This document shows, piece by piece, positions 32,824-35,049 of a stretch of DNA of 35,049 nt. This stretch comes from an uncultured Muribaculaceae bacterium. Its GTDB lineage: Bacteria > Bacillota_I > Bacilli_A > RF39 > UBA660. The position numbers were made by a program, and so were the translations under genes. The notes beneath the pieces are model-generated. The model saw nothing but the letters and a program-made list of their open reading frames with translations, was not told where the DNA came from and did not search any database. Positions within the stretch are counted from its first letter, which is position 1; each line of letters starts with the position of its first letter. The DNA lies in NCBI GenBank assembly GCA_964370615.1, contig CAYJJY010000001.1:1-35049 (forward strand), given 5' to 3'.

Positions 32824-33297
32824 TTATTCTTCTCCTTTAACTAATGGTATTTTTTGTGCTAATTGTATTATATCATATAATCCATTTAGCTTTTTGATCA
32901 ACTCTAATTGAAATTCATAGCTACCTACTATTTTAAATTTATGATTATACTCTATCTCCCAATATTCTTTTCCTACTTCTTCGATTAAATAATTATTCCC
33001 CAAATCTCTTAAGTCGTACATTGCAAGCATTTCTATTATCTCATCTGGAATTATGAACGAATCTACATCAATCACTATTTGTTTATTTTGTTCTAAGCTG
33101 TACATAGTATGTGTTAGTAATACTCTCAAATCATCCTCTTTAAAAATAATTTCAAATGAACTACAATAATGATGTGATGCATCATTTTCATTTGTATCCA
33201 AATAAAAATGTGTATATTTCAGATGTTCTAATGTAAATTTATTTCTCTTAATTATTGGTTTTATATTTTTATCAAATTCAAAATTTTCATATTCCAT
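32824..33297 (-). CDS. hypothetical 157-aa acidic protein
   Basis: ORF with SD AAGAAAGGTAGGA. Its TAA stop is 1 nt from the ATG of the 545-aa gene. No family recognised. Confidence 0.6.
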   Translation of the reverse strand: MEYENFEFDKNIKPIIKRNKFTLEHLKYTHFYLDTNENDASHHYCSSFEIIFKEDDLRVLLTHTMYSLEQNKQIVIDVDSFIIPDEIIEMLAMYDLRDLGNNYLIEEVGKEYWEIEYNHKFKIVGSYEFQLELIKKLNGLYDIIQLAQKIPLVKGEE

Positions 33298-33414
33298 ATT
33301 TGGGTCCTACCTTTCTTATTCAGTGTAAAATTTATTCAATCTTAATTCAACAATGTTTATTAGTCTATTTATAATTTGATCTTATTCTTTTTCTCTAGTT
33401 CTTTAATTATAATC

Positions 33415-34455
33415 TTATAATGAATTGGTCAAATTATTTTTATCAAATTCATCATATAGGTCTCCTACTATTTCTTCTAAGATATCTTCCATTGTAACTA
33501 TACCTATATATTTATTATTTTCAGTTATTATTGCTATCTGACTTTTATTGTTTTTTAATACATTAAATGTTTCATATATAAATTTATTTGATTCTATATA
33601 TATTGGTGTTTTTATAATATTTTTTAGATTTATATCTTTATTATTTATATTTTTTATTATATCTTTTGAATGTAATATTCCTATAACTTTAGTTTTTTCT
33701 GTTATAGGGATTTTGTTATGAATTATTTTTTCTTTTATTAATATATTTAAAGCACTGCTTAAATCTGTATTTATATCTAGAGAAAAAGTATCTTTTTTTA
33801 ATGTCATAATATTTTTTATTTTTATATCATTTAGTTTTAAAACATTATGGATATAATCTCGTTCATATTTTTGTAATGTTTTAAATTCTAGTGCTTCATC
33901 CACTAGCATTTTTACTTCTTCTTCAGTTACAATTTCTTCATCTTGTTCATTAATACCAAATAGTTTAGATATAATATTAGTTATTTTAGTTAGTAAGAAT
34001 ACAAATGGTTTAAATATATTAGAAATTATTTTTAATATATTTATTGTTTTATATGCTATTGTTTCTCTATATTTCATTCCAATTCTTTTTGGTACTAGTT
34101 CTCCAAATATTAACATTAGAAATGATAGTATTATTGTTATTATAATAATTGTTATTATATTTAAAGTGTTGTAATCTATTTTAATTATTTTATGTAATAT
34201 TGGGGTTAGATTATCGGCAAATGTACTTGAGGCTATTGCACTTGATAAAAAGCCTACAAAGGTTATTCCTATTTGAATAGTTGCTAAAAATTTACTTGGT
34301 TGTTTGATCATTTCATTTATTTTTTTAGCTTTTTTATTTCCTTTCAAAGCAGCATTTTCAATTTTTAAATCATTTATTGTTATGAAAGACATTTCCATCA
34401 TTACAAAAAATGCGTTTAATAATATCAATATTATTAGTAGTATTATTTCAAACAT
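33415..34455 (-). CDS. CNNM (DUF21) plus CBS-pair protein (hemolysin/CorB family) without a CorC_HlyC domain
   Basis: DUF21 N-terminus (LLNAFFVMMEMSFITIN..., IQIGITFVGFLSSAIAS) and a CBS pair. Ends 8 aa after the conserved EEIVGDLYDEFD junction. Confidence 0.85.
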   Translation of the reverse strand: MFEIILLIILILLNAFFVMMEMSFITINDLKIENAALKGNKKAKKINEMIKQPSKFLATIQIGITFVGFLSSAIASSTFADNLTPILHKIIKIDYNTLNIITIIIITIILSFLMLIFGELVPKRIGMKYRETIAYKTINILKIISNIFKPFVFLLTKITNIISKLFGINEQDEEIVTEEEVKMLVDEALEFKTLQKYERDYIHNVLKLNDIKIKNIMTLKKDTFSLDINTDLSSALNILIKEKIIHNKIPITEKTKVIGILHSKDIIKNINNKDINLKNIIKTPIYIESNKFIYETFNVLKNNKSQIAIITENNKYIGIVTMEDILEEIVGDLYDEFDKNNLTNSL

Positions 34456-34516
34456 TTAATCATCTCCTATTATAATTATAACAGTTATTTAAATAAAAAA
34501 AAAGTTGAAGATCAAC

Positions 34517-35049
<533 letters not shown>

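Overview
Very AT-rich (roughly 25% GC by eye), densely packed chromosomal segment of a low-GC Bacillota-type genome using the standard code: TGA is used as a stop and Trp is TGG. It carries sporulation-associated genes (yqfC, yqfD, ylbD/ylbE-like), and its gene order resembles Bacillus. All convincing genes but one are on the minus strand. Read in the direction of transcription (high to low coordinates), the window holds: tgt (partial), a CNNM/CBS protein and an uncharacterised two-gene operon. Then perR-rubrerythrin, a 150-aa unknown, RNase J, a prepilin-LRR fusion gene and an ApbE/NusG_II/Gx-transporter/FMN-binding flavinylation cluster. Then a ~600-nt ORF-free, GC-enriched transcription unit followed by a DUF21-like 4-TM gene, DUF1934-argS, rpoE and a prepilin-DUF285 fusion gene. 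Then ylbD/ylbE-like, yqfC-yqfD-vanZ-ybeY-era-yqzL-DUF1653-recO, a degenerate iPGM-like gene, glyQS and sepF-divIVA. Finally a CaCA antiporter, comEA, a disrupted comEC, one plus-strand membrane gene, dnaG-sigA, an NrtR-like regulator, a small membrane protein and rpsL-rpsG. No transposase, integrase, CRISPR array, tRNA or rRNA was seen. Most noteworthy: (1) the large structured non-coding RNA locus with its own consensus promoter, an end-closing helix and a terminator, which fits an OLE RNA/OapA-like pair by context. (2) Two paralogous type IV prepilin N-terminal modules fused to different repeat-adhesin C-terminal modules. (3) An uncharacterised two-gene operon whose large protein has a weak HopA1/OspF/LanKC-lyase-like core. 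(4) A full-length but catalytically stripped iPGM homologue. (5) A comEC gene broken by one in-frame TAA and one homopolymer frameshift.
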